Shown: positions 1-9,859, numbered from the stretch's first letter. The stretch is DNA of 64,000 nt from an uncultured Gemmatimonadales bacterium (GCA_963828735.1 CAWHFW010000005.1:672001-736000), one strand, 5' to 3'. The notes: a model not told the origin generated them from the sequence alone. Program-made: numbers and translations.

Positions 1-1399
1 AGAGGGTCTCGCCACGACGCACGCGGTGGAATCCGGTGGCGCTGCTCGACGCCGGCTCCACCGGGTCAGCCATGCGGCGAGCCACCGAGGTGGAGATGGC
101 GCCGCCCGTCGGCACGATCACCCGCATTCCCGGCCGCAGCATGCGCCCGCGCAGCTTGGGGTTCGCCTCCGTCAGGAGCCGCTGGCTCACGTGGTAGCGC
201 GCGGCGATTCCGCTCATCGTCTCGCCCCGCGCCACCGTGTGCTCGACGAAGGTGATACGCCGCGCGGGCGGCAGCTCGGCGTAGGCCGCGACCGTGGAAG
301 GCCCACGGCCGGTGGGGATCCGCACCAGGGAGGCGACTCCCGGCGGCGTGGCGAGACGGAGATACTGCGGATTCATCTCGCGGATGGCGGCGACAGTGGT
401 ATCGGCCAGGCGGGCGATCACGTCAAGGCCGGTCATCGTGGGCACGACGATCGAGTCGTAGCTCGACGGCTCGACGGAGTCGATGTGAAAGCCGTAGCGC
501 GCCGGCTCCTTCGCGATGCGCGCCGCGGCGATCAGCTTCGGAACGTAGTCCTTGGTCTCGCGACGCAGCAGCTTAGTGTCGTAGAGCCGGAAGAAGGTGG
601 CGTCCGAGTTGATCGAGTCGGCGTCCTCGTCGTCGGGCAGGCGGCGCACGCCGCGCGAGACCTTGCCCGCTCCGGCGTTGTAGGCGGCCGCCGCCATATA
701 CACGGAACCGAACCGCGCGTTCAGACCCTTGAGATGCCGGGCCGCGGCCGTCGTCGCCCGATACGGATCCCGCCGCTCGTCCACCCACGAATCGACCCGC
801 AGGCCGTAACCTCTCGCCGTGCCCTTCATGAACTGCCACATGCCCACGGCCTTGGCGCGGCTCGTCGCGGTGTTGGAGAAGCCGCTCTCGATCAGCGCGA
901 GATACACGAGGTCGCCCGGCAGGCCTTGCTCCGCCAGGCGCTGGCGGATCATGCCCTCGTAGCGCGGCATGCGCGCGAGCCAGGTCCCCATGCGCTCGCG
1001 ACCCTTCCCCTGGAAGAAGTCCAGGTAGTACTGCACGCGATCGTGACTGGTGTACGTGTCGACGTCGATGTCCCATCTGACCGGCGTCGGGGTCAGCGCA
1101 TCGTCGGCGGCGTCCTCATCGCCCGGGTGCGCCTCATCGAGCTCCTCGAGCACGGCTTCGTCGGCCGCGCTGTCGGCCGCGAGGCGAAGCTCGGCCGCAA
1201 GCTCGTCCGCAGGGACCAGCGTGTCGAGGTCGGGCGCGGGCGGCAGGAGTGCTTCGCTGGCCTGGGGGGCGTGCGCGAGCGAGTCGGTCGGGGCGGCGGG
1301 CAGCGCGGCCTCTGGCACGGGCCCGCCCTCCTGCGGGCGCCGATGACCGCCGCACGCGAGGGTGACCGCAAGGAACGACAAGAGGACGAACCGCTGCAT
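1..1399 (-). CDS. mltD: Membrane-bound lytic murein transglycosylase D-like lipoprotein (SLT + LysM), runs off the left edge
   Basis: Minus-strand reading MQRFVLLSFLAVTLAC (lipobox), LALIESGF, AVGMWQFM, VDERRDPY, AAAYNAGAGKV, then LysM-type HTVARGETMSGIAARY. Absent from the ORF track because it has no stop in the window. Confidence 0.9.
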   Translation of the reverse strand, partial: MQRFVLLSFLAVTLACGGHRRPQEGGPVPEAALPAAPTDSLAHAPQASEALLPPAPDLDTLVPADELAAELRLAADSAADEAVLEELDEAHPGDEDAADDALTPTPVRWDIDVDTYTSHDRVQYYLDFFQGKGRERMGTWLARMPRYEGMIRQRLAEQGLPGDLVYLALIESGFSNTATSRAKAVGMWQFMKGTARGYGLRVDSWVDERRDPYRATTAAARHLKGLNARFGSVYMAAAAYNAGAGKVSRGVRRLPDDEDADSINSDATFFRLYDTKLLRRETKDYVPKLIAAARIAKEPARYGFHIDSVEPSSYDSIVVPTMTGLDVIARLADTTVAAIREMNPQYLRLATPPGVASLVRIPTGRGPSTVAAYAELPPARRITFVEHTVARGETMSGIAARYHVSQRLLTEANPKLRGRMLRPGMRVIVPTGGAISTSVARRMADPVEPASSSATGFHRVRRGETL

Positions 1400-1533
1400 C
1401 ACGTACTCCGGGGTGAGCGGAGAAACGGTACCTCCGACCGGGCAGGGCACGCGAGCCGGTTCGGGGAACATTCGGGTACGCAAACCGCGGGAGCCGAGGC
1501 GAACTACGGCAAGCTGCCCGGCCTCCGAGGCGT

Positions 1534-1953
1534 CTAACGCATGAAGAGGCGGTTACCCAGGATACGGTTGGTAGCGTTCAGCACGGCGAGTGCCGCACCT
1601 CGGGCAGCGTCGCTTTCGGTGAGGTAGGAGCCGACGACGCGGTGCCCACTGCCTTCGCCCTGCACGGCCAGCGACACGATGACGACGGTGGCGTCGAAGG
1701 CTCGAACGGCCTTCACGCCGAGGAGCTCGAACCTCATGTCGCCCTGCACTGCCTGCGTGAGGGCCTCCACGCACGCCTGTGCTGAGCACCGCAGCTCACC
1801 GGCCTGCGAGCCGAGTCCTTCGTTCTCCGCGGTGAAATGCTCCGAGTCCTTCCAGGTCAGCCCAACCCTCGCGCGGCACCGCCCGTTCGGCAGCCGGTCG
1901 AGCACGAACTCGGAAAATCGGAGCCGTTCGCTGAGCGGGTTGGGAGGCGACAT
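1534..1953 (-). CDS. Hypothetical protein, resembles a stand-alone LeuA regulatory (dimerisation) domain
   Basis: ATG at 1953 preceded by GAGGAG; alpha/beta pattern ending GSYLTESDAARGAALAVLNATNR. Confidence 0.7.
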   Translation of the reverse strand: MSPPNPLSERLRFSEFVLDRLPNGRCRARVGLTWKDSEHFTAENEGLGSQAGELRCSAQACVEALTQAVQGDMRFELLGVKAVRAFDATVVIVSLAVQGEGSGHRVVGSYLTESDAARGAALAVLNATNRILGNRLFMR

Positions 1954-1990
1954 AGCGCTCCTCGGGGGGCAAAGGCCATGCCAGTCAACG

Positions 1991-2254
1991 TCATGCGGTC
2001 TCGAAACGGACCTCGAGCTGATTGCCGTGCTCGGCGGGCGGACGGATGACATCGACCTCGAGCTGCGGATGGCCGGCCTCGTCCATATCCACGCCGACAA
2101 CCAGCAGCTGGCCGTCGGCCATCTCGACGCGGAGCTGCCGCCGATCCGAGCGCATCACGGCCCCGCCCACGGTATGCCCGCGAACGGCGGCAAGCGTCTC
2201 GGTAATACGACGGAGGTCCTGGAGCGACACCGGGCGCACGGGAGGGCGGGTCAT
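1991..2254 (-). CDS. Hypothetical protein (87 aa)
   Basis: MTRPPVRPVSLQDL...; ATGA overlap with the upstream gene; globular composition. Confidence 0.7.
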   Translation of the reverse strand: MTRPPVRPVSLQDLRRITETLAAVRGHTVGGAVMRSDRRQLRVEMADGQLLVVGVDMDEAGHPQLEVDVIRPPAEHGNQLEVRFETA

Positions 2255-2490
2255 TGCAGATGCTCCGCGAGGAAGGCGGCGATGGTGTCGTCCGGAATCT
2301 TTTCGGCCTGCGCGAACAGCGCGGACCGCGATGAGGACGAGAGCGGATAGGTGGCCCAGAACGAATCCTGCCCAACGTCGGTCGGTCGGAACGAGAACAC
2401 CAGATTCCACTGCGGGGAGTTGGCGCGTCGTTCAGCCGCGATTGACACGTTCCACCGCCGGTCGTCGTGTTCGACGACTCTCCACACCAT
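2251..2490 (-). CDS. Hypothetical protein (79 aa)
   Basis: MVWRVVEHDDRRWNV...; translationally coupled to the next gene; putative promoter upstream. Confidence 0.7.
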   Translation of the reverse strand: MVWRVVEHDDRRWNVSIAAERRANSPQWNLVFSFRPTDVGQDSFWATYPLSSSSRSALFAQAEKIPDDTIAAFLAEHLQ

Positions 2491-2536
2491 CCGCAGGCTC
2501 CGGGCTGAGGCACCGCTCGGCCGTCGAGGGTCGGCC

Positions 2537-2566
2537 AATATGGGCCGCGGCCGGAGATCAGGTCAA
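2537..2566 (-). promoter_or_regulatory. Putative sigma70 promoter for the three hypothetical genes
   Basis: Minus strand TTGACC-N18-CATATT, about 47 nt upstream of ATG 2490. Confidence 0.45.
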
Positions 2567-2706
2567 GAGTCGGGGGTCCCGACCGAGCTGCCGTCGGCGG
2601 CGACGATGATGTCATGGGGGTCGGTGAGCGCCGAGAGAATCCTGCAGGAGCCGGGGCAGGTTCGGCGCTTCGTCGAGCGTCGGGATGGCGACCTACAGGA
2701 GCGTGG

Positions 2707-3612
2707 TCAGCTCCGCACGAGGGCCTGGAAGCGGGTGCGGAGATCGCGCGTGATCGGGCCCGACTTGCCCGCGCCGATCAGCCGGCCATCCACCTGCCGG
2801 ATGGCGACGACCTCGGCGGCCGTGCCGGTGAAGAACGCCTCGTCCGCGGTATAGACGTCGTAGCGGTTGAGCATCGTTTCCCGGACCTCGTAGCCCGCGC
2901 CGCGCGCGAGCTCGATCACGACGTCGCGCGTCACGCCCTTGAGGATGCCCGCGTATACCGCCGGCGTCGAGAGGATGCCGTGCTTCGCGATGAACAGGTT
3001 CTGGCCGGAGCCTTCGGCGACGCTGCCCGCGCTGTCGAGCATGAGCACCTCGTCGGCGCCCGCCTGCACGCCCTCGATCTTGGCGAGGATGTGCGCCATG
3101 TAGTTGAGCGACTTCACCCGGGGCGAGAGCGACTCGCGCTGGGGAATCGGCGTCCCCGCGGTCACGACCTTGAGGCCCGTCTCGTACACTTCCTCGGGCC
3201 ACAACTTGATCGTGTCCACGATGATGATGATGGAGGGCCGAGGGCACTTCCGCGGATCGAGGCCGAGATCGCCCACGCCGCGGGTGATGATGTGGCGGAT
3301 GTAGCCCTCGGTGATGCCGGAGCGGCGGACGGCTTCCTCCGTCACGGCCGCCATCTCGTCGCGAGGCATCGGAATCGTGAGCCAGATGGCGTGCGCGGAG
3401 TCGTAGAGGCGCTCGAGGTGCTCCGCAAGGCGGAAAATCCTCCCGCCGTAGATGCGGATGCCTTCGAAGACTCCGTCGCCGTACAGCAATCCGTGATCGT
3501 ACACCGAGACCGTCGCGGTGTCGCGATCGTACCACTTGCCGTCGAGCCAGATCGTGGGCACACCGGCTCCCGCAGTCGGGGCCTGCTTGGCAGGCTGAAG
3601 GGTCGCGCTCAT
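2707..3612 (-). CDS. ilvE: Branched-chain amino acid aminotransferase (PLP class IV)
   Basis: HGLLYGDGVFEGIR, KSLNY (PLP lysine), EGSGQNLF, ILKGVTR, ADEAFFTGTAAEV. Confidence 0.95.
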   Translation of the reverse strand: MSATLQPAKQAPTAGAGVPTIWLDGKWYDRDTATVSVYDHGLLYGDGVFEGIRIYGGRIFRLAEHLERLYDSAHAIWLTIPMPRDEMAAVTEEAVRRSGITEGYIRHIITRGVGDLGLDPRKCPRPSIIIIVDTIKLWPEEVYETGLKVVTAGTPIPQRESLSPRVKSLNYMAHILAKIEGVQAGADEVLMLDSAGSVAEGSGQNLFIAKHGILSTPAVYAGILKGVTRDVVIELARGAGYEVRETMLNRYDVYTADEAFFTGTAAEVVAIRQVDGRLIGAGKSGPITRDLRTRFQALVRS

Positions 3613-3749
3613 CTGGAGAATGTAACTAGGCGACAGCGCCTCCGCAGCTTGAGCCCGCCCCGACGGGAAGGCATCGGGCCAACGCGCCGGGCGGGGACGG
3701 TGTATGTGCTTGCGTTCGACCCCACGTACCCGATTTGGGAGGTTCGTCC

Positions 3750-4307
3750 ATGCGCTTCCGCGCCCTGTCACTCGCGCTCTTCACCCTCGCAATCGCCGCA
3801 CCGGCGGCTGTGGCCCAGTACTCCAATGATTCTGGCGCCGGTCAAGGCGGCGGATACTCGGGCCGGATGCACGGCCGAGGTCACGGCACGCCTCCGGATC
3901 CTGTCGTGCTCAAGGGACCACCCGCCCCCGACGAATTCGCGAGCCTGGTGCAGCTCCCGGCCGACAAGGTCGATGGCTACAAAGGGCTCTATGACCACTT
4001 CATGGCGGATACGAAGCCCCAGCGGGACAGCTTGGCGATGCTCCGCCGGGACATGACCAGCGGCTCGGATAGCGAGGATCGCGAAGCGTTCCAGCGGCGC
4101 CGGGAGGTGTTCATGCCCATCAACGATGAGCTCACGCGGCGGCAGTCCGCCTTCGACGATGCGCTCAAGGACATGCTCGACAAGGACCAGTGGAAGCGGT
4201 ATCAGAAGTGGCGGGAGGACCAGCGCAAGGCGGCCGAGCAGCAACGGCAGGAGCGGTGGAAACATCACGGGAACGGCGCACCTACGGAAGGCCAGCCGCC
4301 GGCGTGA
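3750..4307 (+). CDS. Secreted helical hypothetical protein (Spy/CpxP-like composition)
   Basis: GGAGG RBS, signal peptide MRFRALSLALFTLAIAAPAAVA, charged helical body ending LDKDQWKRYQKW. Confidence 0.7.
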   Translation: MRFRALSLALFTLAIAAPAAVAQYSNDSGAGQGGGYSGRMHGRGHGTPPDPVVLKGPPAPDEFASLVQLPADKVDGYKGLYDHFMADTKPQRDSLAMLRRDMTSGSDSEDREAFQRRREVFMPINDELTRRQSAFDDALKDMLDKDQWKRYQKWREDQRKAAEQQRQERWKHHGNGAPTEGQPPA

Positions 4308-4613
4308 TGAGCCTTGAACCGCCTGGAAGCCCCGCGATCGTGTATCGGTAGAGCAGCAGCGTGAAATCGTGATCGTGCCCGCCGCCACCAGGCCGGCGGC
4401 GGGACAAGTTGGCACCCATCCCCGAAACACCTCGGCATTGTGCCGCACCGTCACGCGGCGGTGGCAGCGCCGACGGGTCAATTGTTCCGCTACTCTTGCC
4501 AATTTCACCTTCGACGTGCACTGTCATCGGTCCTGCGGTTCATCCCTGGTCATCCGAGCATCCGGAGTTCCGCCTGCCGCCCTCGGGCGGAGCGAACCGG
4601 AGCGGAGGCAGCG

Positions 4614-4844
4614 ATGTCCGATCCCGCACGCTCCACGCCGTCCACTCGACGCATGGCCCGACTTCGCCCCGGCCTCGAGGCGCAGCATCCGAGTCTGGGG
4701 CGGACCTGGTATCGCGTGCTCGACCGCAACGACGCGGCCCTCTGTCCCCTGCCGCCGGCGGGCCAGCTCTGGCTGGAGGTCGAGAGCCGGCGACGGCTGC
4801 TGCCAGTGGACATTTTCGAGTTCGAGGACGAAGACGCCGTGTAA
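4614..4844 (+). CDS. Small hypothetical protein (ARLRP...FEF motif)
   Basis: GGAGG RBS before ATG 4614; shares motifs with the next ORF. Confidence 0.6.
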   Translation: MSDPARSTPSTRRMARLRPGLEAQHPSLGRTWYRVLDRNDAALCPLPPAGQLWLEVESRRRLLPVDIFEFEDEDAV

Positions 4845-4933
4845 CGGTGCGCGGCAGGGAGCTCCGCAGTCTCGGAGAATTGTGACAGAGGGCAGCATTG
4901 ACGGCCACCGAGTTCGGCTCTATCTGATCTTCA

Positions 4934-5215
4934 ATGACCTTCGACCTTCGAGACACCCCAGTCCTCCGCGAGGCCCGACTCCGACCGGAGGCCGCCGATC
5001 GGTATCCCTGGGCGCCCAGGAACAGCTGGCTCCCCGCCAGCGCGATGGCCGATGAAGCACTCAAGAACGACGAGCCGATCGCTCGTGCGGTGCGGGCGCT
5101 TCCCAACGAGGCCTTCGAGTTCCGCGGTGGTCGACCGGAAGCGTCGGTCCGGGGTCGGGCCCGCACGCGATGGTCCGACTACCCGAACCCTATGAGAGGA
5201 ACACGGCGTCACTGA
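4934..5215 (+). CDS. Small hypothetical protein (ARLRP...FEF motif)
   Basis: REARLRPEAADRYP...LPNEAFEFRGG; paralog of 4614..4844. Confidence 0.65.
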   Translation: MTFDLRDTPVLREARLRPEAADRYPWAPRNSWLPASAMADEALKNDEPIARAVRALPNEAFEFRGGRPEASVRGRARTRWSDYPNPMRGTRRH

Positions 5216-5450
5216 ACGACCGAGCGTGACGTCGACCATCACCTCGTATTCGGCGTCCTCCACCCTGCCGCTGTTATCCCGACCCTGGTGTCCCGTCATG
5301 ACTGCCCGACGCCCCATCCATCGACGGTAACGTCCAGACATCCCCAGAACGTGCGTGGTGGCGATCCATCCGTTGTAGTTTTTGCGCCGGGAGACCGCCG
5401 GGAAGACCGTAGATTCGGTTTCTCACAGCGCGGAGTGTGCCTTGATCAAT

Positions 5451-5885
5451 GTGGAGCGGCTCTCCGGATCCCCCCTCGTGCTCATCGTCGACGACACGCT
5501 TCCCGTGCGCCTGATGATTTCACGCATTCTCTCGCAGGCGGGATATCGCGTGGCCACCGCCGCCGATGGAGTCAGTGCGGTCGCGCTGATCGAGGGCCGC
5601 GGGCCACCGGGCCTCGTCGTCACCGACCTCAGAATGCCGCTGATGCGCGGCGAGGCGTTCGCGCGATGGCTCACCAGGCACTACCCGGGTACGCCCGTGC
5701 TCTTTATGTCCGGCTTCGGCCCCGAAGACGCCGAGCAGCTGCCTGCCCCACTGCTTCGGAAACCCTTCACACCCGAAGCGCTGCTCGGCGCCGTCGGTCG
5801 GGCGCTGACCCGAAACGATGCCAGGATTGCCCCGGGTGCCGGGATGAGTGCGGGAAGCGAACCCACGAGGCAAACTGGGGATTGA
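5451..5885 (+). CDS. Single-domain response regulator (receiver)
   Basis: VLIVDD, VVTDLRMP, LFMSG, KPF; start codon uncertain (GTG 5451). Confidence 0.85.
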   Translation: MERLSGSPLVLIVDDTLPVRLMISRILSQAGYRVATAADGVSAVALIEGRGPPGLVVTDLRMPLMRGEAFARWLTRHYPGTPVLFMSGFGPEDAEQLPAPLLRKPFTPEALLGAVGRALTRNDARIAPGAGMSAGSEPTRQTGD

Positions 5886-6026
5886 CGGTTGTAGGACGCG
5901 GGCTTGGCCACGCGACTCGACGCCGGGATAGTGGCGCGTCAGTGGCGCTTTCACCCGATCCTCTGATTCCGGCTATGGCTCGAATGAACCATGTCGCGTT
6001 CACTCGGCCGGAAATACCTTCTGCCT

Positions 6027-6428
6027 ATGGCGGATCCCAACCCATCTCTCAGGGCGCTGCAGCAGCCACTCGTGCTGGTAGTGGACGACGAGCCCCTCAT
6101 GCGCCGAATCCTCACGGTGACGCTCCAGGACGACTATCGAGTTCTGGCGGCCGGGGACGTGCGAGAGGCGCTGGACATGTTCGATACGTTGAAGCGGGAT
6201 ATTGCAGCGGTCGTGACCGACATTCGCTTGCCGGAGATCGACGGGATCTCCTTCGCGGCGACCATGCGACAGACCGGCGAGTCCCCACCCATCCTGTTCA
6301 TCTCGGGGTATGCCGCGCCGGCCGAGGCCCCCGGGCCCTTCCTCGCCAAGCCCTTCACGCCGGACGATCTGCTCGGGGCGCTGCGTCGCCTGATCGCCGG
6401 TTACCCTCTGCCGGCCCGCAAGACCTGA
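6027..6428 (+). CDS. Single-domain response regulator (receiver)
   Basis: VLVVDDE, VVTDIRLP, LFISG, LAKPF. Confidence 0.88.
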   Translation: MADPNPSLRALQQPLVLVVDDEPLMRRILTVTLQDDYRVLAAGDVREALDMFDTLKRDIAAVVTDIRLPEIDGISFAATMRQTGESPPILFISGYAAPAEAPGPFLAKPFTPDDLLGALRRLIAGYPLPARKT

Positions 6429-6447
6429 CGACGCGAGCGCACAAGCG

Positions 6448-6490
6448 AAGGGGGCGGAGCACGGCCGCACCGGCCGTACCCCACCCCCTT
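6448..6490. terminator. GC-rich hairpin between convergent genes
   Basis: aaggggg...acggccg-cac-cggccgt...ccccctt imperfect stem. Confidence 0.5.
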
Positions 6491-6504
6491 GGCACTCCAA
6501 CGCG

Positions 6505-7161
6505 TCAGCGGCCGAAGTTCATCGCCCCCATCAGACCGAAGGACGTGTCGCCGCCGTCGAGCCCGATCGGGAAGTTGATGCTCGGGTTCAGGCTGAACCG
6601 CGAGTTGAACACGAACCCGGTGCCCAGCGTGAGCAACGCATAGCTCTGCGAGTCGGAAGCCGAACCCGTGCCGTCGTCCGCGCTCGCGCGCGTGTTGGCG
6701 AACTGGAAGCTCGCGTTCGGCAGGATCCGGAGCTGCGGGCTGCGTCCGAGCAACGCCCCGACGGACGCCCCGAACGCGAGTGTGCGGCTCGAGATATCCG
6801 TGCCGGTTCCCAGCACATCCTTCGGCCCCGAGCCGATGCTCAGGTTGGCGACCGGGCAGAGCTCGGCCGTGCGGCTGGTGTGCAGCGGGATCTGGTAGCC
6901 GCCGCCGACGTTGAAGTCGAACGACGACCCATCAAACGCGTCGTAGGACGTGGTGCCGACTCCGGCCTTGCCGTACAGGGCTTTCGGCGTGCCGTACCCG
7001 AACGTGCCGCCGAAGCTGCTGACCCCGTCCGCGAACTGGCCGCCGCCCGCGATCTGCATCTGGCCGCTCGAGAACGACGGCATGCCGACGCAAGTCTGGG
7101 CCGCTGCCTGCGCGGTCAGATAGAAAGGAAGGGCCAACGAAAGCATGAACGTGCGCCGCAT
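6505..7161 (-). CDS. Outer-membrane beta-barrel protein
   Basis: Signal peptide, alternating Gly/aromatic beta-strands, C-terminal ...GAMNFGR. Confidence 0.75.
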   Translation of the reverse strand: MRRTFMLSLALPFYLTAQAAAQTCVGMPSFSSGQMQIAGGGQFADGVSSFGGTFGYGTPKALYGKAGVGTTSYDAFDGSSFDFNVGGGYQIPLHTSRTAELCPVANLSIGSGPKDVLGTGTDISSRTLAFGASVGALLGRSPQLRILPNASFQFANTRASADDGTGSASDSQSYALLTLGTGFVFNSRFSLNPSINFPIGLDGGDTSFGLMGAMNFGR

Positions 7162-7357
7162 GGCTGTCTCCCGGCTGTGGTTGAACAGGAGGGGTCTCGC
7201 CTCTTGCGAGATTCCTCGCTTTACGTCCCCGCGTCGTGGCGGGCTTCCGTTGATAACTGGGGCTGGTGGCTAGAGTTCCGCTCCACCGGACGGCGTGCGC
7301 GGCAACCCCCGTGCCGACGGGGGTGCAAACAGATGCACCGAGAGTGTGCTGGGGTTA

Positions 7358-8194
7358 CTAGTGGTGCAGGAAGTCGAGGAAGTCGAACACGTCGGGCTCC
7401 CACTCGGCCACGCGAAGGTAGACCAGGGCGTGTCCTTCGGCCGGCGTCCGACCCACCGCGGGATACACTTTCAACCGATGCGGGCGGCCGAGCCGCTCCA
7501 TCTCGGCAGCCAGCGTCGTGCCAGGTGCGACGGAGTAGTCGTTGGCCGCATGGATGAAGAACACGGGTGCGACGACGCGGCCCACGGCCTCCTCGAGCCG
7601 TCGGCGCAGCTCAGGCGAACGATCCCAGCTCACGGCGGACCCGGAGAACACCACGGCCGCTCGAAGGGATGTGTCGCGTTCGGCGAGAAGAAGCGTCAGC
7701 GAGGCACCGAACGAATGTCCCGCGACCGCGACACGATTCGGGTCCACTTCACGCCGATGGTGCAAGACCGCAAGCGCGGAAAGAGCCTCGTTCAGCTCGT
7801 CCTTCTCGAGTAACTGTAGCTGCTCCCGATTCCGGCCCTGTTGGCCCTCCGCGGCCATCGCGCGTTCCATGAGATCGCCCTCGGCCGTGCCCTGGCCGGT
7901 GGACAGGCCGACGCCCTGACGGAACAAGTAGAGAAGGACGAAGCCATGTCGGGCAAAGACGGCGCCTATGACGGCGGGTTCGCCCATATCGATCGGTTCG
8001 CCGGTGCCGTGCCTGCCGTGGTTGAACAGGACGGCCGGGAACGGGCCGGAGCCGACGGGGCGCCAGAGCAGTGCGCGCAACGTGAGCGCTCCACTCTGGA
8101 CGAGGACGGTGTCGGGCCCGGTGATGGCTTGTGCCGCAGCGGTCGTGACCGACACCGAAACGAAGGTGAGCGCTACGCCCAGGCAGCGCCTCAC
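7358..8194 (-). CDS. Secreted alpha/beta hydrolase (dienelactone hydrolase family)
   Basis: PFPAVLFNHG, nucleophile elbow GHSFG, HAAND, EGH. Confidence 0.85.
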   Translation of the reverse strand: MRRCLGVALTFVSVSVTTAAAQAITGPDTVLVQSGALTLRALLWRPVGSGPFPAVLFNHGRHGTGEPIDMGEPAVIGAVFARHGFVLLYLFRQGVGLSTGQGTAEGDLMERAMAAEGQQGRNREQLQLLEKDELNEALSALAVLHHRREVDPNRVAVAGHSFGASLTLLLAERDTSLRAAVVFSGSAVSWDRSPELRRRLEEAVGRVVAPVFFIHAANDYSVAPGTTLAAEMERLGRPHRLKVYPAVGRTPAEGHALVYLRVAEWEPDVFDFLDFLHH

Positions 8195-8206
8195 GCCGAC
8201 CTCCTC

Positions 8207-8992
8207 TCAGTGTCCCCCGCTGCCTTCGGGCATGACGTAGAGGAGCAGAGTCGGCTTGACCGAAATGGCCCCGGAGAATGGGCGGCTATACGCGGCGACC
8301 AGCAGGATGGCGGCCGCGGCGCCGGTCGCGAAGATGCCAAGAATGATTCGGTTGGCCGTCGGATTGTCGCAGTGGACCATGGCGATGGTCAGCAGGATGA
8401 GGCCTACCTGAACCATCAGCGCCGCCCACTTGACCACGCTGACGGACGAGCCGCTCAGCACGATGCGCTGCCGGCGAGCATCGAACGCGTTCTGAATCGA
8501 GGTCACGAGCTCGCGCTGGGCGATGACCTGCCCCGGCGAATGCGGGTCGAGGCGGAGCGAGAGCTCGAGCGCGTCGGCGAGCGCGCGGGGAACGATGGTG
8601 AGCGTCACGCTATGGCGCGCCATCGCGGGCCACCCCTCCTGGACGGCCATCTGGATGTGCTGGCGGACCAGGTCGTTCAGCCGCGCCTGGGGCTCGCCGG
8701 GGAACTCTCTGGAGAGCAGGACGGTCGCGCGGAGCGCGCTCGCCTCGCGGTTGACCGCCGTGCTTGCCCGGTCGGCGTCGCTCCACACCTGCGCGGCGAG
8801 GAACCCCACGAGCAAGGCAAAGACGACTGAGAGCGGCGGCAGCATGCCAGGAGAGATGGCCTTGAACGCGCGGGTCCGCTCACCGACCGCAAGCCTGGTG
8901 ACCACCATGTAGATGACGGCCGCCAGGAGATAGTGCGCCGCGAGGATTGCGAGCGCCAGCCCCGAGACGGGCAGGTTGAGGAGCCAGTCCAT
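8207..8992 (-). CDS. DUF4239/bestrophin-like membrane protein
   Basis: FALLVGFLAAQVW, VNREASAL, DARRQRI, RPFSG; GAGGA RBS. Confidence 0.8.
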   Translation of the reverse strand: MDWLLNLPVSGLALAILAAHYLLAAVIYMVVTRLAVGERTRAFKAISPGMLPPLSVVFALLVGFLAAQVWSDADRASTAVNREASALRATVLLSREFPGEPQARLNDLVRQHIQMAVQEGWPAMARHSVTLTIVPRALADALELSLRLDPHSPGQVIAQRELVTSIQNAFDARRQRIVLSGSSVSVVKWAALMVQVGLILLTIAMVHCDNPTANRIILGIFATGAAAAILLVAAYSRPFSGAISVKPTLLLYVMPEGSGGH

Positions 8993-9138
8993 CTGATCCT
9001 CCTCGGAAACAGGTGCCAGGCGGGATTGCCCGGGGCGACAACATTGCACTCAGGACTCGCATCCGACCAGAGGGCGCCGGGGGTGAGTGCAGGCTGGAGG
9101 TGGCAGCGTGAATGGAGAAGGGTGGCCCCGGCGGCGCT

Positions 9139-9270
9139 TCAGTCCGCTGGTTGTAGTTCCAGCAATTCGATCCGATTTCCGAACGGGTCGGCGAGGTGCA
9201 TCCGCTCGATCCCAGACGCCGGCACCTCACGCACGATCGGATAGCCGGCCCCCGTGCACTGGACTATGAA
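9139..9270 (-). pseudogene. C-terminal remnant of a glyoxalase/VOC gene
   Basis: GYPIVRE...RMHLADPFGNRIELLE with no plausible N-terminal half upstream. Confidence 0.6.
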
Positions 9271-9553
9271 GAACGTCAGTGGAGCCGATGCAGCCCTCGT
9301 CGGCGGCGAGCGGGCTGCCCTGCTCGTTCTAGTCCAGCAGCCGAACTGACACCCAGCGCCCGAGATAGAGCCCTGCGCCCGTGCCGACGATGCTTGCGAT
9401 GCACGCCGTGAAGATGCCCACCGGGGCCCCTGCCCACCAGCCGACCGCACCACCGACGGTTGCCCCTGCCCACCCCAGAAGTCCCCGCACATCGCCTCCC
9501 TGAAAGGTTCCACCGTGGAAAGCCTGGTGTTGGATGCCAGCCCGCCGGTTCTC

Positions 9554-9823
9554 TCAGCCGTCATAGGGCTTATGCGACCGCGGCGCGTCCGGCAGCTGCT
9601 CGTCGAGCGACTGGCGATAGCGCACACACCCTCGCAGGAAGGTCGGCCAGTCGGGGACAGTGGGCAACGGGTCCTGTTGCTCCGGCAGGAGACGCCACAG
9701 CTCAGGATGGTGCCAGCACAGGTCGTGGCCGGAGCTGTCGCGATGCGACCGGATCCCGGCGCGGAGGCTCCGCACTTGTTCGATCAGTTGTTCGCGGCTC
9801 ATGCCGGCCAGGTCTTCGTCCAT
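9554..9823 (-). CDS. Conserved-looking hypothetical protein (89 aa)
   Basis: GAGGT RBS; HRDSSGHDLCWHHPELW and FLRGCVRYRQSLD His/Cys motifs. Confidence 0.75.
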   Translation of the reverse strand: MDEDLAGMSREQLIEQVRSLRAGIRSHRDSSGHDLCWHHPELWRLLPEQQDPLPTVPDWPTFLRGCVRYRQSLDEQLPDAPRSHKPYDG

Positions 9824-9859
9824 CGCTACCTCAGAGGGCGTTGCCGGGGATCCCAGGCG

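Noticed and set aside
26..1537. 503-aa plus-strand ORF, and similar long antisense ORFs such as 2614..4056, 31156..32430 and 37659..39095
   Set aside because: Arg/Gly-rich shadow frames of real opposite-strand genes in GC-rich DNA; no motifs.
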